Part shown: one piece after another, positions 61,649 to 64,000 of the stretch
Numbering within the stretch: position 1 is the stretch's first letter
How the letters are laid out: every line of letters begins with the position of its first letter
From: Aggregatilineales bacterium
Lineage (GTDB): Bacteria; Chloroflexota; Anaerolineae; Aggregatilineales; Ch27
Assembly (NCBI GenBank): GCA_029976005.1
Contig: JARKOQ010000149.1
Span: 68,400 to 132,399, forward strand
Reading direction: 5' to 3'
Length of the DNA: 64,000 nucleotides
Position numbers and translations under genes: made by a program
Notes under the pieces: model-generated
The model's database searches: none
Told to the model about the DNA's origin: nothing
What the model saw: only the letters and a program-made list of their open reading frames with translations

Positions 61649-62512
61649 CTACTTTTCAATCGGGACGCCGACCAGGTTGCCCCACTCCGTCCAACTGCCG
61701 TCGTAGTTGCGCACGGTCTGGAAGCCGAGCAGATAGGTCAGCACGAACCAGGTATGGCTGCTGCGCTCGCCGATCCGGCAGTAGGCCACCGTCGGCCGGG
61801 CCGGGTCCAGCCCGTGTTCCTGCTGGTAGATCGCGCGCAGTTCCTCGGCCGGCTTGAAGGTGCCATCGTCAGGATTGGCCGCCCGCGCCCAGGGGATGTT
61901 GCGCGCACCGGGAATGTGCCCGCCGCGCAGCGCGCCCTCGTTGGGATAGCCCTCCATGTGCGTCCGCTCGCCGCTGTATTCGGCCGGGCTGCGCACATCC
62001 ACAAGCTGGCCCTGGGCCTGAGCATGGGCCAGCACCTGGTCACGGAAGGCCCGGATCCGGCTGTCGTCGCGCGGGTGGGCGCGGTAAGCCGTCGCAGGAT
62101 AGACAGGCTTCTCACGAGTCAATTCGCGGCCCTCCTTTTCCCACTTCAGGCGGCCGCCGTCCATGATCCGGGCGTTGGTATGGCCGAACAACTGGAATAC
62201 CCAGAAGGCATAGCAGGCCCACCAGTTGTTTTTGTCGCCGTAAAAAACAACCGTGGTCGCCGGGGTGATGCCAATCCGCGAGGCCAGGGCCTCGAACCCG
62301 GCCTGATCCAGGTAGTCCCTGCGAACCGGATCGTTCAGGTCAGCCGTCCAGTCTACTTCGACCGCGCCGGGGATGTGCCCCGCCGGATACAGCAGCGGGT
62401 CTTCGTTGGATTCCACGATGCGCACGTCCGGGTCGCCGCGATGCACCGCTACCCACTCGGTCGAAACCAACACGTCAGGCCGCGCGTAACCGCGCTGCGT
62501 GATCTCGGTCAT
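61649..62512 (-). CDS. Thiosulfate/3-mercaptopyruvate sulfurtransferase (tandem rhodanese)
   Basis: AAGGAG lies 8 nt before ATG 62512. Two rhodanese domains with active-site loop [13 protein letters not shown]. Confidence 0.9.
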   Translation of the reverse strand: MTEITQRGYARPDVLVSTEWVAVHRGDPDVRIVESNEDPLLYPAGHIPGAVEVDWTADLNDPVRRDYLDQAGFEALASRIGITPATTVVFYGDKNNWWACYAFWVFQLFGHTNARIMDGGRLKWEKEGRELTREKPVYPATAYRAHPRDDSRIRAFRDQVLAHAQAQGQLVDVRSPAEYSGERTHMEGYPNEGALRGGHIPGARNIPWARAANPDDGTFKPAEELRAIYQQEHGLDPARPTVAYCRIGERSSHTWFVLTYLLGFQTVRNYDGSWTEWGNLVGVPIEK

Positions 62513-62544
62513 GGCAAGAACTCCTTATTGTCTACAGTCCACCG

Positions 62545-62580
62545 AACAAAAAAGCCGCCTGGAGACCTGTCCGGGCGGCT
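62545..62580 (-). terminator. Intrinsic terminator inside the 5' leader of the rhodanese operon (attenuator or riboswitch expression platform)
   Basis: The minus strand reads AGCCGCCCGG-ACAGGUCU-CCAGGCGGCU (10 bp including one G-U) followed by UUUUUUG. It ends about 33 nt before the start codon, upstream of the AAGGAG SD. Confidence 0.65.
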
Positions 62581-62717
62581 GCGTTCACCGAGCCAATTAC
62601 ATTCCCTGGGTCGACCTAGATCGCCATCCCAACCCGGACCGCATCCATGTCCTCCGGACACAGACAGACGCAGACAAAACAGAAACGGAGGTCGGATCGA
62701 AGGTCACTCATGACCAC

Positions 62718-62745
62718 AGCATAACATGCCCGCGATAAAAGTCAA
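62718..62745 (-). promoter_or_regulatory. Sigma-70-like promoter for the rhodanese operon
   Basis: The minus strand reads TTGACT, then a 16-nt spacer (whose last three nt are TGT), then TATGCT. This gives a good -35 and an extended -10 (TGnTATGCT), in the most AT-rich stretch of the window. Confidence 0.5.
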
Positions 62746-62884
62746 GTTTTTATATCATATTCATCATTTTTATTCCAGAGAGCCTGTATAATAGAGCCTG
62801 GCTGGCCCACGTCTGGCCTGCGATTACCCGTCCGTTTGCCGCCGAACCACGGCAATACCGCCCTCGAGTGTTACAATTACTCGT

Positions 62885-64000
62885 ATGACTACCGCGCACC
62901 GTCCACCTTCCCGCCCCCGCCCCTGGCTCGCGTTGATTCTGTTCGCCATGCTGCTGCTTTTGAGCATGATGGCCTGCAACCTGTCCAGCCCGCCGCCGCC
63001 CACCGTGCCGCCGCGCCTGCCGACCAGCACTCCCCAGGCTCCCCTGGGAATCAGCACCCAGGCGCCGATCGCCCTGCCCACCGGCATCCCGGCCGAGGCC
63101 CCCACCGATCCGGGAATCGATGGGCTGCTGCGCCAGGTCGACCCGGCCCGCCTGATGCAGCATGCCCGGACATTGGCCGAATTCGACACGCGCTACGTGA
63201 ACTCGGCCCAGACCAATTCCGCGCGCGGGATTGGCGCGGCCCGCCAGTACATCCGTGACACGTTCTCCTCCTACAGCGCCCAGGCCCAGGGCCGGATGAC
63301 CGTGTGGGAGCATCCCTTCACCCTGACCTGGGAGGAAAAGGAAACGCTCCAGCACAACATCGTCTGTTCCTTGCAGGGCACGGAAAGCGGCGCGGGCGTG
63401 GTCATCCTGGGCGGGCACTACGACAGCGCGGCTTACGACGTCGACGCCACGATCAACGCCCCCGGCGCGGACGACAACGGCTCCGGCATCGCCGCCATGC
63501 TGGAGATCGCGCGGATCATGAGCCAGACTCCCCAGCGCGCCACGATCATCTTCATCGCCTTCTCGGCGGAAGAGGTCGGGCGCATCGGCAGTATCCGGTT
63601 CATTGACGAATACCTTAAGGAATACGCCATCGACGTGCGCGCCGTGCTGACCCTGGACACGATCGGCAACATCAGCGGGCCGAATAACAGCACCAACGAC
63701 CACCAGATTCGCATCTTCTCGGACGAAGACAATCGCTCGCCCTCGCGCCAGCTCAGCCGGGCCATCCAGCTCGTCGCCAGCACCTACATCCCGGACATGC
63801 AGGTCGTCGTCCAGCCCGCCGGGGATCGGGAAGGCCGCTGGGGCGATCACATGAGCTTCACCTCCCAAGGCTACGCAGCCGTGCGCTTCATCGAGGCGCT
63901 TCAGGACCCGGCCCGCCAGAACAACAGCTACGACACAATCCAATACGTCAATTCCGACTACCTGACTCGCTCCACCCAGGTCGCCCTGGCGACCCTGGCC
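62885..64000 (+). CDS. M28-family aminopeptidase lipoprotein (3' end outside window)
   Basis: Not in the ORF track because no stop falls within the window. ATG 62885. Signal/lipobox LILFAMLLLLSMMAC. Motifs GGHYDS, PGADDNGSG and FSAEEVGRIGS (Zn ligands), then GDHMSF. Confidence 0.85.
   Translation, partial: MTTAHRPPSRPRPWLALILFAMLLLLSMMACNLSSPPPPTVPPRLPTSTPQAPLGISTQAPIALPTGIPAEAPTDPGIDGLLRQVDPARLMQHARTLAEFDTRYVNSAQTNSARGIGAARQYIRDTFSSYSAQAQGRMTVWEHPFTLTWEEKETLQHNIVCSLQGTESGAGVVILGGHYDSAAYDVDATINAPGADDNGSGIAAMLEIARIMSQTPQRATIIFIAFSAEEVGRIGSIRFIDEYLKEYAIDVRAVLTLDTIGNISGPNNSTNDHQIRIFSDEDNRSPSRQLSRAIQLVASTYIPDMQVVVQPAGDREGRWGDHMSFTSQGYAAVRFIEALQDPARQNNSYDTIQYVNSDYLTRSTQVALATLA

Noticed and set aside
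62616-62648. Possible 10-codon leader peptide (MDAVRVGMAI) inside the rhodanese operon leader
   Set aside because: GGAGG ends only 2 nt before the ATG, which is too close for a functional SD. The peptide has no run of Cys or Met regulatory codons that would suggest amino-acid attenuation.
62513-62715. Assigning the rhodanese leader to the Moco or a SAM/SAH riboswitch class
   Set aside because: I could not find the conserved cores of those classes by eye. The call is left as an unclassified leader pending a covariance-model search.
1-64000. Search for tRNA, rRNA, CRISPR arrays, transposases, integrases, prophage or known defence-system genes
   Set aside because: I found no cloverleaf-like or rRNA-like conserved strings, no regularly spaced identical repeats, and no recombinase or transposase motifs in any frame I inspected. 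The window looks like core chromosome with accessory envelope genes.

Overview
This is a GC-rich bacterial chromosomal segment, roughly two-thirds G+C by eye. I can support about 50 protein genes. I saw no rRNA, tRNA, CRISPR array, transposase or integrase. Thr/Pro-rich linkers in secreted proteins, TadE/TadG-like genes and short dispersed intergenic repeats resemble filamentous Chloroflexota, but that taxonomy is inference only.

The ORF track accepts non-ATG starts (for example GTG at 10958 and 14754, TTG at 29379 and 48535). It omits ORFs that are open at the window edge. I re-derived starts from the nucleotide sequence and from Shine-Dalgarno (SD) spacing. Many very long Arg/Gly/Pro/Ala-rich ORFs are antisense or out-of-frame artefacts of the GC content, and I rejected them.

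Gene content from left to right:
- LysM protein fragment, GT9-GT26 fused glycosyltransferase, YjbQ, RmlC, an aminotransferase, a beta-hydroxyacid dehydrogenase and a TPR membrane protein.
- A MoxR / DUF58 / DUF4129-membrane operon, a PAS histidine kinase, and metK preceded by a clear SAM-I riboswitch with terminator.
- SurE, GlsB/YeaQ, a formate/nitrite transporter, a flippase-like protein, GT2, a CruF-like membrane protein, an aminotransferase and a PGDH-like dehydrogenase.
- An FHA/zinc-ribbon protein, then a coupled unit of aldolase-family protein, 7Fe ferredoxin and two dynamin-like GTPases.
- A PPi-type phosphofructokinase.
- A minus-strand cell-envelope block: membrane glycosyltransferase (GT), PPC-repeat lipoprotein, C39-like peptidase, Ddl, membrane-anchored MurF-like ligase, hydrolase and an atypical MurA-like protein.
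- A radical SAM protein, NfeD-flotillin, and DUF1028 / PspA-like / OmpR regulator.
- A TadE / TadG(VWA) / giant TadE-like protein with Cys-rich repeats.
- A long minus-strand extracytoplasmic redox/sulfur operon: rhodanese, SufE, sulfite-oxidase-like Mo enzyme, thioredoxin-like lipoprotein, Tat protein, CcdA-TlpA fusion and DUF2085.
- An M28 peptidase that runs off the right edge.

The observations most worth a second look:
1. An in-frame TGA sits exactly at the first Cys of a thioredoxin CxxC motif (59588-59590). This is either a candidate selenoprotein or a pseudogene.
2. The redox operon has a promoter followed by a roughly 200-nt leader with an intrinsic terminator. This could be an unclassified riboswitch or attenuator.
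3. The orphan TadE/TadG/TadE-giant trio.
4. The ferredoxin-linked dynamin pair.
5. The paralogue-looking MurA/MurF/Ddl cassette.
6. A dispersed intergenic repeat family.
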